64,000 nt of DNA from Eukaryota sp. TZLM1-RC (Eukaryota; Protista; Metamonada: BaSk clade), in the NCBI GenBank assembly GCA_040285825.1, contig JAUPSS010000011.1, positions 496,001 to 560,000 on the forward strand. The letters are read 5' to 3'. Below, piece by piece: positions 1-11,614 of this stretch. The notes under the pieces are model-generated. The model ran no database searches, was not told where the DNA came from, and worked only from the letters and a program-made list of their open reading frames with translations. Numbering within the stretch: the stretch's first letter is position 1; every line of letters begins with the position of its first letter. The translations under genes were made by a program, and so were the position numbers.

Positions 1-3000
1 TCACAATGAAGGTGTTCTGAGGTGATATCAACGGCTCTATTCGGTTCAATTTGGACGTCTATTTTTCCTAATGTTTGGTACAGTTTTGCTTCATAGAGTT
101 TGACATCAATAATGGTGGAATCAGTATATGAATTACTCAAGAAGGACGAGATAGTTTCTCTTGCGGCTCTTGGATCACCAAAATGTTCTAATATGGAGGA
201 CTCATGCAAAACCAATTGTGATTTGAAAGTGTGAATCAAGTGTTGGTGTTGAGTTCCTTTTAAGCCTTCTACTAGTTGGTAACAATGTCCCAATATGGTG
301 GTGGCTTCTGACAATAGTGAATTGTTCATCAAACAGGAGATTTGTTTGGCTAAAAAAGTCAGTATTGGGGGTACAAGATTGGGTCGAATGTGACCGAGTG
401 CGATCACCACATCCCTCACAACTCCTTGGTTAACCTTGACAAGGTTAAGAGAAAAACTGCCTGTTGATTCTTTTGCTGATTCCAAAAGCGACGCAATAGT
501 AGAAGCATTGGATAATCTCTGAAAGCACTCTTTCAATAGAGTGTAGGGAGAGGTGTGAGAGAATGAATTTAGAGCAACAGCCTTGAGTTCATCACTGACT
601 ACTGTAGGAACATCCTTGTCTTCAGCTTGAATTGAACAAAGTGCATAGAAAATCGATTGAACAGAGGCTTGATTGAACACTAATAGTGAATCCTTCCCTA
701 CACGTTCATCACCAACAGTAAGATCATCAACCTTAGACCAATTGCCTAGCTTGAGTGCAATATCGAACCCAAAAGAAGATGAATTGGATTCCGTTGCGTC
801 ACTAAATTTGAAACATTGCTCTAAACCAATGTTGATCAAGGTAGTGGCAGGGACAGTAGGATCAGCCAAAAGTGAAGCATTAAGGGCACCTGAGGCTCTT
901 GAATAGTCGCTATTGAGAAGGGAAAGCTCAATGGCAGATCTTCCGATCAGCTTGGACGAAAATTTGGACGAAAATTTACCTAAATTTACACCCTTCAATC
1001 CATCAGCATCTCCAAGTTGGTACAGAGCTTCGTGCAATAATTGAACAGATTCCTTAAGAAATTCCTTGCTGTCTTTCATAGCTTGTTCAGCATAAAATAT
1101 ACAGTCATAGTAGGCACCTGTGGTCAACGCAACTTTGGCAAGAGCCAAAGGCGATAGAGCAGCAATCAATTCATTATACACAACCAAGGTTTCGTTAAAT
1201 TCTTTTTCATAGTGACGAAGCCCAGTCAACCAAGACAATACAGAGAGGCATGCAAGATGTACCCTTTCAGAGTTGACCCTTTCAGAGTCAAACTTTGTAT
1301 GAACGATGTCCTTCAACAACAAAGTTATTACTGGAACTAATGATGCATCGTAAATTAATAGTAAAGGAATAACTGAATTTGAAACAAGAGAATTTGAACT
1401 AAAAAAGGGCTGGAGAGCTGAAAACCAAGTAAATGTAGCACTAATATGAGCAAACAACCTTCTGGCTATAGCACAAACCCAAGAATCATGAGATTCATGA
1501 AGCAAAGGGTTTGGTGAGTTGTTAATTGAGGAGACGGACGATGAAGGTGAACATTCCAGGCAAGTGTCCTTTATCTCACTCAAACTAAAGCCCAATTTGT
1601 GAACAATTCTGGTTATTAATGATCTAAGATTTGAGGGTGATGAATTAAATAAGGAAAATAAACCTGTAAGTGCTGATATAGACTCATTAGGAGGAACAAC
1701 TCCAATTGAAAGAGCCATTTCATTAACCAGCAGAAACATACACTTAGATGATACATTCTCTTCTCTATGATCAATCGACTGTAGTTCTCTCAAAAAAGGA
1801 TTTGAAAAAGTAATAAATTGATTTTGAAGGAATAATTCCAATTCATCAAAAGTATACTTCGACATTATGTGGTTGATTATGGAATGTAATACTGCAAGAT
1901 TCGAGTAGTTACTGTGCTTATTGATGAAAACAGTGATTAGGTGAATAACCATTGATAGTGAACCCAGAGTATCCTCACCAGAATCTAAGGGAAGATTTAA
2001 GAATTCACCAGCAGAGATTTCTAATATTGAGAACAATCCTGAAACAAAAACAGAGTCAACGCTAAAACTCAGATGGTTTGTAAGCTCTTCAAGAACCCAA
2101 CAAATGGAGCTTGATGGCTGAAACATTGGGAAGGAAGATGGTTCAAAAGATGGAACTATTCTGGCGAGGGGCAACAAAGTTAAAGATTGACTATGCAAAA
2201 ACTCTGAATAACGAAATAAATTTTTGAGAAGAGAGACATGTGAAGAATCAAATGTTAATAACCCTATTATTAACCCGCAAAATCTTGTCAAAGAAGCTTC
2301 TAATGAACAACGAAGTTGAGAATCTTGAAGGCAAACGTGAACAAGTTTTGTTAGTTCTGATATCCAGTCATCAAAAAGACTAAGTTTCTTCGTAATAATA
2401 ACTGATAAAATAGAGTTGAAAAAAGTAAGAACTGAATCAATTACTCCGTGATTTCCCAAATAAAGATGAATGATGGGAAGTAGCATGGAGTAACAAGACT
2501 TGACCCTTTTTAAATAAGAAACAAGTAACACACTGGGCAAGCAGGAGAACGATTCAAAACATGTTTGAGACAGCTCATTAAAAAAGACAAGTAATACAGT
2601 GCTAGAAATTAGGGACGTCAACTGGGAACTCGGAGAGTGGTTTAAAAATTGCAAAAGTGGTGTTAGAATGGCAAGCAAACTATTTAAGGATAGTTCTACA
2701 GGGCACAGAATTAAAACAAAAGATAAGATTGACTGAAAAAATTGAGACAACAACGCCTTTGATTCAATTAGTGCTTGAAAGTTGGAAAATATGGTAGACT
2801 GGGAAGTCAAAAACTGTTGAATGAGACTCCGTGCACAAATCTTTGCAAAAGAACTGATAGGAAAGGGAAGATTTCGAGTATATAGTTCATTGGTATTTTT
2901 CCAAATAGTTGAAATTTTTTCTATATCAGATGAAAACATTAGTGATGAAACAGTGTAGCACTCATAGTGAATAGTTTCTACACGGCCAAATCGTGACAAA

Positions 3001-6000
3001 ATATCAAGGTAATTGAGATCAAGAGATGGTGGACAAAGTCTCAACCAGGCACTTGCCAATTGGAATGAGTAATAGTAGAAACCAAGCTTAACAGACATAT
3101 TAAAAACTTTCAAGAAAATGCAATTTGCTTGATCTAATGTGATGAATTGCTTGTAACAAAAGAGAGCTAAAACTGCCAAAACATCACCTAAATAGTCCTC
3201 ATGGTAAAGACCAAAATACAGGAGTAATTCCAAAAACACATCACCAAAGGCAGAAACTGAATTAGGATTAAATTCAGAGGTGAAATATACCGAAAATTGA
3301 AACCCTTCACTTGGGGAAGGTAAGGGATATTCAATCAAAATATGATTGGTGATATTACGTAGTAATAAGAAAACAATTCGCTGGGCGACTGGTGCTGCTA
3401 GATACGTATTTGCAAAGTGTAACGCGTGTTGATAACATGGCAAATAATTCATCAACAAATTAGTTCTAATAATGGGTTGATCTAAGAACAGATACAATGG
3501 TTTGTAAATATCAGCAACAGAAGGACAGCAATCTAAACCTCTGGCAGAGAGCAAACGGAACATTTCAGCAGTGAAAAAGAACTGGCCTTTGGGTACAGAA
3601 GGGACATTATCAAGAAAAGACATTTCCTTCAAGACAAACATGATCAAGTTTGACAAATCGGCATTAATTTGTAAATCCGTGTCAGTAGAATACGCAACCA
3701 AACAAGCCGAAATTGTCCCAAGAAGTGCATTCTTGAATGAAAAAAGTTGAGTGAAAATGCTACTCTGATTGATTAATAATGTCAGTAAGCTAATGATAAC
3801 TTCGGGATGGTGATAGGAAATGCTGCTTCTTGGGTTGAATGTACTTGAATTACAACCAACACTGCGGATAGTACTTAAGAATTGATTAAGCAATGGTACT
3901 GAACATGTATTCAAAATTAAGTGTTGGATCTTTTGAATAATGGAATCTTTAAGTTCTGTCAATTCAACGCTAGGTCTAATAACTAAGAAAAGCTTGACCA
4001 GCAAAACAAACCAGTTTTGTACAACAGAATTACTGAAATTATAAAGTCTAGTAAACTGACTGACATAATCTTGAATGCTATTAGTTAAGGAGCCAAGTAC
4101 ATCAGAGGGAACATCAAATGAAAGAGGGATGTCGAAAGGAAACCAGTTGTTGATTGATTGCAAGTGGTCAGATAAGCCAGATGACAATGAAGAAACGTCC
4201 CTGAACAATCTAGCATAGCAGCTAAATACAGAGAGTGAGATAATTGGCATTAAATCATGCAGAGTTTCATTTGTCGATATTGAAACAACCAGAAATGTTA
4301 CAAATATAGAATACCCGTTGATTTCATTAAACGATGAAGATTTGGAAAACAGAGATGTTTTCTGTTGAATAAGTGATTTAAATTCCTTCACCACAGCCTT
4401 TATCTCCTTTTCAGTAGTGAAATCGGCCAAGATGGAGTCAGTAGTGGGCTTCCTTCGAATCAACAAAAGCGAACAAGTTTCAGCAATTAACTCAATTTGT
4501 GAAGGAGAAAACCAAGAAAAATCAAAGTCAAGTAGTGCAGTAAGAACCTCAATTCTAGGTAACATAGCTATTTGATTTGATTGATTAGAGGTGCAAAATC
4601 TATACTTGCTTAGTAATAAATGAATGGCTTTGACAAACGAGTACTGCAAGGAATGGTCAGCACCAAACTTGCTCGAATTCAGCAATTCAAACGTCACATT
4701 GTATAATTTTTGAACAAATAAACCAGATTCATTACAAACAGAGGTAAGAAGATCCAGAAGAGCAGATGAAGGTGAAGACTTTGCAATAGTAGCTTGTAAT
4801 TCAGATTTGTATTTATCGATATTTAGGCAGTTTTTCTGATTTTTGAAATATTCAGAAATGACTGAGATTATTGAATCAAAATAAGAATTATTGCTCTCTG
4901 CACTGGAGGCCAAAGAAAACAATATCGGCAGAATATTGACAAAACACTCGCTGACCAAAACTTTACAAGCACTTAACAATTCACTTTGACCAAAAGTGCA
5001 CAAGCTACTACCATCCAATAAAAGTTGAACCTCCCCAAAAATTTCTTTATTAACTTGTTGTTGTTGTTGTTGGGATTCTTGGGTTCGGTTGAAAGTTGAT
5101 GTAGTAGATGATCCTGCTTCTAAGGCTCTACTGGTTCGTTTTAAGGATGATTCTAGAGAGACGGTATTTTCAAACTTTAATAGAATTTTCCAACAATTTG
5201 CTAATAAATTGCTGACTTTAAATTCAATCTTAACACTCCTATCTAGTTGCTTACCCAAGCACAACAGCAATTGACTCTTTAGACAATCAACCTTCGATAA
5301 CACTGAACTATTGCAAGGAGAAGAGCGTTCAATAGTGGTCAAGAATTTTGTTATTATTAATGAGAACTGTTCAAAGACAGGGGGAGGTGGGATATTGCGG
5401 AGACGCTCAATAATAAGATCAAAAATAGACAAGAATTCAAGGGAAATCAACTGCTCAGGAAACAAATTTGAAACATTATTTACCAAAGTAACAATCAATT
5501 TCAGAAATTCATCTGAATTATAAGATTTAAAAGAGGAAGATAAAGTTGAAATGCACCTCTTTGCCACAGTTATTGTCAAAAAAGGACTTTGCAGAAAGCA
5601 AGATATACTGGAAAACAAAATCCCACCACCAACACCCAATTCATTGTTGAACAAGGGGAAAAGAAGTCCCTCCAAAGTGTCTTCTTGAATAAACAGTCTA
5701 CCAAGATCAACATTGGTACATAGTTGGGCAAGAAGGTTTGTGTAAAGAGGTCTTAATGCTGAGTTGTCATAGAATCTAGTCACTAGTGATGTGATATCAG
5801 CAACAGAGTCCAACAATCTGATTGGATTGGCTGAAATGATTGGTGTTAGGTCAAGGCAAAACCTGGAGTGGAACTCAACCAGCTTATTTTGGTTTTTGGT
5901 TGCTGAGGAGAGGAAGGTGAGCAAAGATTTGATCAGCATTCGCCAGTTGTGGTTAGAAGAGGAAGGGCAAACAGACAGAGAGTCAAGATGGTGGAGTAAG

Positions 6001-6116
6001 TAGTCATTAGACGTGAGATTGTTGATGATATCATTGTAATACTCTGTTCGCTTAACAATAGATTCCTTTGAGTTTAAACGTGCTAGTTGGTCCAAAATCA
6101 CAAATTGAGTGTTCAT
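1..6116 (-). CDS. ATM: ATM/Tel1-like PIKK kinase, N-terminal ~2040 aa (runs off the left edge; absent from ORF track)
   Basis: ATG at 6116 gives MNTQFVILDQLARLNSKESIVKRTEY (TAN-like). The same frame gives LAKVALTTGAYYDCIFYAEQ...LYQLGDADGL at ~1000-1140, typical of the start of the ATM/ATR FAT region, and is open at the window edge. Frame spot-checked only; the kinase domain is outside the window. Confidence 0.65.
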   Translation of the reverse strand, partial: MNTQFVILDQLARLNSKESIVKRTEYYNDIINNLTSNDYLLHHLDSLSVCPSSSNHNWRMLIKSLLTFLSSATKNQNKLVEFHSRFCLDLTPIISANPIRLLDSVADITSLVTRFYDNSALRPLYTNLLAQLCTNVDLGRLFIQEDTLEGLLFPLFNNELGVGGGILFSSISCFLQSPFLTITVAKRCISTLSSSFKSYNSDEFLKLIVTLVNNVSNLFPEQLISLEFLSIFDLIIERLRNIPPPPVFEQFSLIITKFLTTIERSSPCNSSVLSKVDCLKSQLLLCLGKQLDRSVKIEFKVSNLLANCWKILLKFENTVSLESSLKRTSRALEAGSSTTSTFNRTQESQQQQQQVNKEIFGEVQLLLDGSSLCTFGQSELLSACKVLVSECFVNILPILFSLASSAESNNSYFDSIISVISEYFKNQKNCLNIDKYKSELQATIAKSSPSSALLDLLTSVCNESGLFVQKLYNVTFELLNSSKFGADHSLQYSFVKAIHLLLSKYRFCTSNQSNQIAMLPRIEVLTALLDFDFSWFSPSQIELIAETCSLLLIRRKPTTDSILADFTTEKEIKAVVKEFKSLIQQKTSLFSKSSSFNEINGYSIFVTFLVVSISTNETLHDLMPIISLSVFSCYARLFRDVSSLSSGLSDHLQSINNWFPFDIPLSFDVPSDVLGSLTNSIQDYVSQFTRLYNFSNSVVQNWFVLLVKLFLVIRPSVELTELKDSIIQKIQHLILNTCSVPLLNQFLSTIRSVGCNSSTFNPRSSISYHHPEVIISLLTLLINQSSIFTQLFSFKNALLGTISACLVAYSTDTDLQINADLSNLIMFVLKEMSFLDNVPSVPKGQFFFTAEMFRLLSARGLDCCPSVADIYKPLYLFLDQPIIRTNLLMNYLPCYQHALHFANTYLAAPVAQRIVFLLLRNITNHILIEYPLPSPSEGFQFSVYFTSEFNPNSVSAFGDVFLELLLYFGLYHEDYLGDVLAVLALFCYKQFITLDQANCIFLKVFNMSVKLGFYYYSFQLASAWLRLCPPSLDLNYLDILSRFGRVETIHYECYTVSSLMFSSDIEKISTIWKNTNELYTRNLPFPISSFAKICARSLIQQFLTSQSTIFSNFQALIESKALLSQFFQSILSFVLILCPVELSLNSLLAILTPLLQFLNHSPSSQLTSLISSTVLLVFFNELSQTCFESFSCLPSVLLVSYLKRVKSCYSMLLPIIHLYLGNHGVIDSVLTFFNSILSVIITKKLSLFDDWISELTKLVHVCLQDSQLRCSLEASLTRFCGLIIGLLTFDSSHVSLLKNLFRYSEFLHSQSLTLLPLARIVPSFEPSSFPMFQPSSSICWVLEELTNHLSFSVDSVFVSGLFSILEISAGEFLNLPLDSGEDTLGSLSMVIHLITVFINKHSNYSNLAVLHSIINHIMSKYTFDELELFLQNQFITFSNPFLRELQSIDHREENVSSKCMFLLVNEMALSIGVVPPNESISALTGLFSLFNSSPSNLRSLITRIVHKLGFSLSEIKDTCLECSPSSSVSSINNSPNPLLHESHDSWVCAIARRLFAHISATFTWFSALQPFFSSNSLVSNSVIPLLLIYDASLVPVITLLLKDIVHTKFDSERVNSERVHLACLSVLSWLTGLRHYEKEFNETLVVYNELIAALSPLALAKVALTTGAYYDCIFYAEQAMKDSKEFLKESVQLLHEALYQLGDADGLKGVNLGKFSSKFSSKLIGRSAIELSLLNSDYSRASGALNASLLADPTVPATTLINIGLEQCFKFSDATESNSSSFGFDIALKLGNWSKVDDLTVGDERVGKDSLLVFNQASVQSIFYALCSIQAEDKDVPTVVSDELKAVALNSFSHTSPYTLLKECFQRLSNASTIASLLESAKESTGSFSLNLVKVNQGVVRDVVIALGHIRPNLVPPILTFLAKQISCLMNNSLLSEATTILGHCYQLVEGLKGTQHQHLIHTFKSQLVLHESSILEHFGDPRAARETISSFLSNSYTDSTIIDVKLYEAKLYQTLGKIDVQIEPNRAVDITSEHLHC

Positions 6117-6303
6117 AAAGGAATGAACAGACAAGGAGAAAGGACAAATGACTTATGTAGGTTTGGTTGCAGGGAAAGTTACTTTTTCAAAAAAAAGAAC
6201 AAAATAGATTTTATACAAATAAAGATTAATCCAAAACAAGAAAGAACAATCAAAAAATCAGCAATTGACAATTACTATAATACAATCACAAGAAACAGGC
6301 AAA

Positions 6304-6762
6304 TTAGACATCTTCAGAAGCAAGCATAAGTGTAAACTTTTCATAATCAAGTTCACCTGAATTATTGAGATCCCAGGGTGTGGCTAATTCATGAATGGAT
6401 AGGTTGAATACCCCAAACTTATCCAGAATGTCTTGCATACGTTGAGTTTCAACACGACCACTTTTATCAGGGTGCCCACCAACAGCTACGAAGGAATCAT
6501 AGCAGTCATCATCGTCTTCGGCCTTCAATATGGCCATTTTTTGGTTGATTAAGACCTGTAGAAAATCACTATAAGCTATCCGACCGCTGCCATCGTCGTT
6601 GATGTCTCCAATGACAGCAAAAAACTGTTCCTCAGAAGCAGGTCGTCCAAGAGCATGTAAAGCTTGCCGAAGTTGCCAAACATCCATGTATTCAGCACCT
6701 GATGTATATTTCGCCCAAATTTGTTTGGCAGCATCAGCTTCAGATGGTGAGAGTGAAGGCAT
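6304..6762 (-). CDS. EF-hand protein, outer-arm dynein light chain 4 (LC4)-like
   Basis: 152 aa calmodulin-like with LRQALHALG.P.EE.F, DDGSGRI and DSFVAVGGHPDKSGRV, resembling flagellar LC4. Confidence 0.75.
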   Translation of the reverse strand: MPSLSPSEADAAKQIWAKYTSGAEYMDVWQLRQALHALGRPASEEQFFAVIGDINDDGSGRIAYSDFLQVLINQKMAILKAEDDDDCYDSFVAVGGHPDKSGRVETQRMQDILDKFGVFNLSIHELATPWDLNNSGELDYEKFTLMLASEDV

Positions 6763-7129
6763 TAGGTTATGTTTAGGTGTAGCAAGGTGTGAAGGATTTA
6801 CTGTGAATTTTTATCAAAACGCACTTCTGGGTTTTGACCAATTCATGCAATCTTGATAGACGTTAAGCTTACTTTAGATCTATCACTATATGATATCACG
6901 ATCAAATGATAGTTAAAGCAGCAACATCACAATACGCGTACAGGCACGCATTACATGGAAAAACACTTATCTACGTGGTCTCCGGAACGCCTCAGGTCTT
7001 TCTTTGTAGTAGTGCTCACTTATGGCAATCTCCAGCTGGTTTCTGGAAGCTGAGATGTCCCTTGACCATAGTGTCTGACATTGAGGGCAAACAAACTTAT
7101 CATTGTTCACCCTCCCATCATCGTGATAC

Positions 7130-7428
7130 AATTTTTGATTGAATACCTTACAGCAATTCGTTTTGGCAGCGATACTGCTACAATTTAGCTAAAGGTTTCA
7201 AAAATGGCCAGCCAATTTTTGTCTACATTGGTATGTCATCTCATGCTCTACCTAACAGTAGGTGGTGAAAGTAGAATGAGAGATAACACCTGTGATAATG
7301 GTTACATTCCTGAATTAGCAAAAAAACTACAGGGTGCCGTCTTTGCTCTTGAACACAGATTCTATGGTGAATCTTATCCGTTACCTGATCTTACTACCGA
7401 ATCACTTGAATATTTATCCTCCAAGCAG
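7130..7428 (+). pseudogene. Serine carboxypeptidase S28 5' fragment
   Basis: FWQRY...PIFVYI-G(31-nt intron 7231-7261)GE...ALEHRFYGESYP.PDLTTESLEYLSSKQ; has an in-frame stop/frameshift and is truncated after SSKQ. Confidence 0.75.
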
Positions 7429-7429
7429 G

Positions 7430-7670
7430 GGACGACTTTCCAAACTTAGGATTTTCATTTCCAGATCAATTATATTGTTTATCCAGATGTTGATTTATAA
7501 GTTTTCTAATAAATAAATCTAATAAAAGATAGATTAACCATTGATGGTGTTGAAATTCCTTTTCTTAACTATTCCTCAGATGCTTTTCGTTTCCTAGGAT
7601 GCTGACTTGGAAATTTCCAAAAATTACTGAAGAATTGAAGAATCTTTTAATAGATTGATATCTAGAGGAA
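7430..7670 (+). mobile_element. Decayed internal fragment of RLE retrotransposon RT
   Basis: IDGVEIPFLNYSSDAFRFLGC*LG matches IGGAQIPFINYDQQAFKFLGCWLG of the 18553 ORF. Confidence 0.7.
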
Positions 7671-8451
7671 ATAGCTTTGGAAAGCCAATTCAACTATTAA
7701 ATTATTTTATTTATTATATTATATTCATTTAAATTTAACAGTTAGTGCACAGAGTCCAAAATGGTTGAAACGTTATTTTTAAAAATTGTAGAAAGCCACC
7801 ATCAGTAACGCTATATAGAAGACTTTATATAGGCTAATTGAGATGCAACATAAGCTTTATAGCCTGTTGGTGCATGTCTGAACTTCTCAGCCCATGTTTT
7901 TTCCAATTGTACACAATCATCATATGTTCGTTACAAAACTAAAGGAGGAGCTGATATAAGAAACAGCCACCAAGATACAACAACTTGAATCACGAGTCAC
8001 AGAAAACTTAGAACACACACAGAATTTTCTTAGCATAATAACGTGTCAATAATGTTCAAGTAAACAACAAAACACATCAACTATTTATTTACAAAATAAC
8101 TTACTTTATTACAGATTGTCTATTTGAACAGAAATATCTAGCTTCAAATCAAGTAAAACGCTAGGGACAGAAGTGTTTTTCTTTGATGAATGACTAACAG
8201 TTTTGTTTAACTTTCAATCAGAGCTTTCAACGAAAGTTTTTCTGGTATTATTACCGGATGAGCGAGGAGCAGGAGGTGTGTACATGGACTGTACCGGTTG
8301 AGGCGTCGGTGGGAGAGCAGCATAAGTTGCAGTTTGTGGAGAGCCAGTAGTGGGGCATGAACTGAGGGAGTAATAGAAAGAAGTTGAAGGAAACCTCCCA
8401 GAACAAGCAACCAGAAGTCGAAAATGGAATCACAAGTGTAAAATTTGGTAG

Positions 8452-11305
8452 ATGAGCTGTGTATTCTTACTACATGACAGACACCCCCTCCCCCTGTGTC
8501 ACTCTGTATTCACTCGGTCTTGTGCACTTAACACACTGCTGACCCCTGCAGCGGTGCAACAAATTCGGACTGACCTTCTTTTGGTCACCGAGATTTGTCA
8601 TGAAGCTTCTTTATTGCTTCAATCTTTTCTTCTAAATTTTCCGTTGGCATCTAGAGCTTTAGTTGAACAGGATGAATGGTATCTTGTTATGACCATCATC
8701 ACCACTGGTTTTTTTCCAAAGCCTTCCACATCTAAAGGCCAACGCCAATTACTCCATATCTTTTTCAGTGGATTTCTTCCAGAATGCCCACAAGACGGGT
8801 CTCTTGTTTCATTGTGGCAAAATTCTTTAGTGCCTTACAGAAATTCATTCAATCTTTTTCTCAATGCTTGGCTTCAGTCTCAGAATTGTAATTCTATCAA
8901 TAGAAAAGGGCTTTCTCCTTACCTTGCTTGTCGGGCTCGTCGATTGGCGTCTAACGTGAAGACAGGTTTACCTAAAATTTGTCCATCCTGGACAAAAAAC
9001 TTTATTCGTGCTCATTTCAGAGATCTAGATAGAACAAGTGTCTGTGCGAATTATATTCTCTCTCTTTTGCCAGATGAACCATTAGCCCAACCCGAGGAAC
9101 CTTTTCTTTTCTCATATGCATTGCTGAATGAAATTCAGAATAATACCTTTAGCTTCTCATAAAGGTTCTAAATTTCTTGAGGTACCTTCACATGTTTTCA
9201 AATCTGTGAAAAAATTTCCAATTATTGATTTTGTATCTTTTGATCTTTGTAGATCTTTCAACAAACTTCGGGTCAAATTTTTTTCCTCATTATTGGAGGT
9301 AAATGAATCTTTAATTCGAAGTCATGTTTTTTGTTATGCTGATTTAGGTGGAATTGGTTTCACGGAATCTTCGATTTTATGTAAAGCAGCTTTTTTAGGA
9401 GGTGGAAAAAATTTTGTTTTTGAATTTTTTCAAAGGTTTCCTTATGATGTTCATCTGATCCATGGTGAACCAAATTTTTATTTGAATCAGCTTCAAATTG
9501 AATTTGATAATTTGCCTTGTGATATCTGGATTCAGTGTTTTCCTCAAAATATTCAAGAAATTCCCACCCGATCACTTCCAAATTTGCGTTTTTGCTTAAA
9601 AAGGTTCAGCACCATCTGGTTAAATTATATGAAGGTTTGGATTATGAAGTAAGATTTGGCTTGGCCAAAACTAAAAATCCCGCTTTCGGTAATTTTTTAA
9701 AGGATATTCGTGATAGCTCTGCTGCTGCTTTAGTAACTCAAATTCCCTCTGTTTATGGACTTTTGTTAAAAAACAATGAATGGCTTTTAAACATGCGTTT
9801 TCGTTGTTTTCTGTGGCCAAACAATTTGCCCAATCATTTAACTTGTAAATGTGGTAAACCTCTTTTGTTTACTCATCTTTTGAACTGTAAACATTTCATA
9901 ACATTTAGAAGCAAAGTGCATAATAACGTCAGGGACCAAATTTATGTAATGTACAAATCATATCGAGTAGATTCCTTTTTAGAACCGCTGTTGTCAAAAT
10001 TAATTCTTGATGATCCCAATATTGATAGTACGCGTTACAACAGAGTTTCTATGGGTCTGACAAGAGGTGATCTAGTTGTTTCCGGTTTAAATGGTAGTTT
10101 TACTATTTTAGACGCCATGTCTTTTGACCCTTGTAATTCCTCTAACGAACAACTCATTAACTCGGATGTAAATAATCCTCTTCCTACAGGCGAAAAATAT
10201 AAAATTGCTAAATATGCGAAACCCATTTCCTCGATTAATGAAAATTCTCATGCCCAATATAATTTATGTCCCTTTGTTTTTTCTTTGCTTGGATCTTTGG
10301 GTAAGGCTGCTATGGCTTTTTTGAGGATTTTGTTGTAGTTGTAAAGGAAAGAACTGGAAGAATTTTCAATCGTGTTTACTGGCAAAACAGGATTGTATTT
10401 TCTATTTTTAAGGGAATGGTAAAACTAATTTCTGATTCACTTTCTTCTTTTGGGCAATTTTCTGAATCTTTGGCAATTAATCGTTTTGATGTAGGGGAGG
10501 CAGGTTTTGAGGATGTGGAGTTTTAATTGTGTATTTTATGTTTTTATATTTGTTGTTGATGAATAAAAGCAATTTTTTCATTATTGAAGGATCATCTTCC
10601 AAAACAAAGTTTATTAAGAATACATGTCTGAAACGAATATTCAAACAATGTTTTTACCAAAAATTCAATATCAACAGAAAAAGTTTGAAAAATAGATTTA
10701 AAACAATTTTATTGAAAATTAATGGTAATGAACTGCTTTTGACCTTTGAAGGTAAAAATAATGACTCAGAAAAAACAGATGAGCTGGATGAACCACCGAA
10801 AAAGAAAAGAAGATCAAAAAATGAAATGAAAAATGACCCTGATGCCAACAAAACCAGAGAAACACAGTTGAAGGGTACTACAAAAATGCCCCGTCGAAGA
10901 CGTAGACATCCAGTCGAAATTTTATCTGAGAGGCCCCTTGTGGGTGTTAATCTGGGCCAATCAAGATTATGTGGTTACTTCTTAACTGCTAATCAATGTG
11001 GAGTTATTCCTTGTCCAACTGGCAGAAGATACATGACAAAACTTTCACATAGTAAACACTCTCCCAACCAATATTCCGTTCAAAATTTCAACCAATATTT
11101 GAATCATTGGAATTTGGTCAGGAGGAAAGTATATTTGGAAAGTAATCGCCAGAAATGGAAAATAATTAAATTTGATAACCGCAGACGAAACGAGAGACGG
11201 TTCAGAGAGAGTCTCAACAAATTTCAAAGGCTGGCTGGACATCCTGAAAAACTCTATCTTGCTGTGGGTTCTGCTAATTTCCCTAATTGGTGTAGCACAA
11301 ATTAG
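8452..11305 (+). mobile_element. Fanzor relic, family D, split by a retroelement and 3'-truncated
   Basis: ORF 8452 has a Fanzor-like N-terminal pattern. After a frameshift, FRIIPLAS...KKFPII joins in frame across TSD ATTATTGA to EGSSSK...KING...LVGVNLG (RuvC-I-like)...KWKIIKF...LAVGS. Confidence 0.6.
9229..10579 (+). mobile_element. 5'-truncated CRE-type RLE non-LTR retrotransposon, subfamily F1 (C-term AGFEDVEF)
   Basis: Near-identical to the 3' part of 18561-21747; AATAAA near the 3' end; TSD ATTATTGA at 9221-9228 and 10580-10587. Confidence 0.9.
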
Positions 11306-11614
11306 CCAATTTTCGAAGCATTTTTCAATTAATTAATTTTCAATTGTACAACAAAAACTCTCAAAATTGGAATGGTATTAGAAAACATTGTAGAAAACTC
11401 TAATTCCACTGGTGAAATGAATTAAGTCAATCAATTAATCAACGGTGAATTTATTGACGATGAGCAACCTCTAGTTTAACTAGAAACATAGGTAATAACT
11501 CACTTGTATAGACATTTGCTGATAGATTTGTGCGAAAACAATTTGAACAAAAACGTGATGTTTGCTCAATAGATTTGGGTCAAATCTAAAGTCAATATAT
11601 TGATTGACACCTCA

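Noticed and set aside
6167-6177. TTTCCCTGCAA shared upstream of the ATM-like and TopoVIB-like (29502-29512) genes
   Set aside because: It also occurs inside a CDS near 32835 and the spacing differs; there are too few cases.
673-6329. Short plus-strand ORFs
   Set aside because: They are antisense shadows of the ATM-like CDS.
8230-8450. GC-richer tract upstream of Fanzor D as ncRNA or small gene
   Set aside because: No recognisable motif, structure or second copy.
9128-11305. Natural RT-Fanzor fusion protein
   Set aside because: The junctions are explained by TSD-flanked, 5'-truncated insertions, which occur in both orientations relative to Fanzors.
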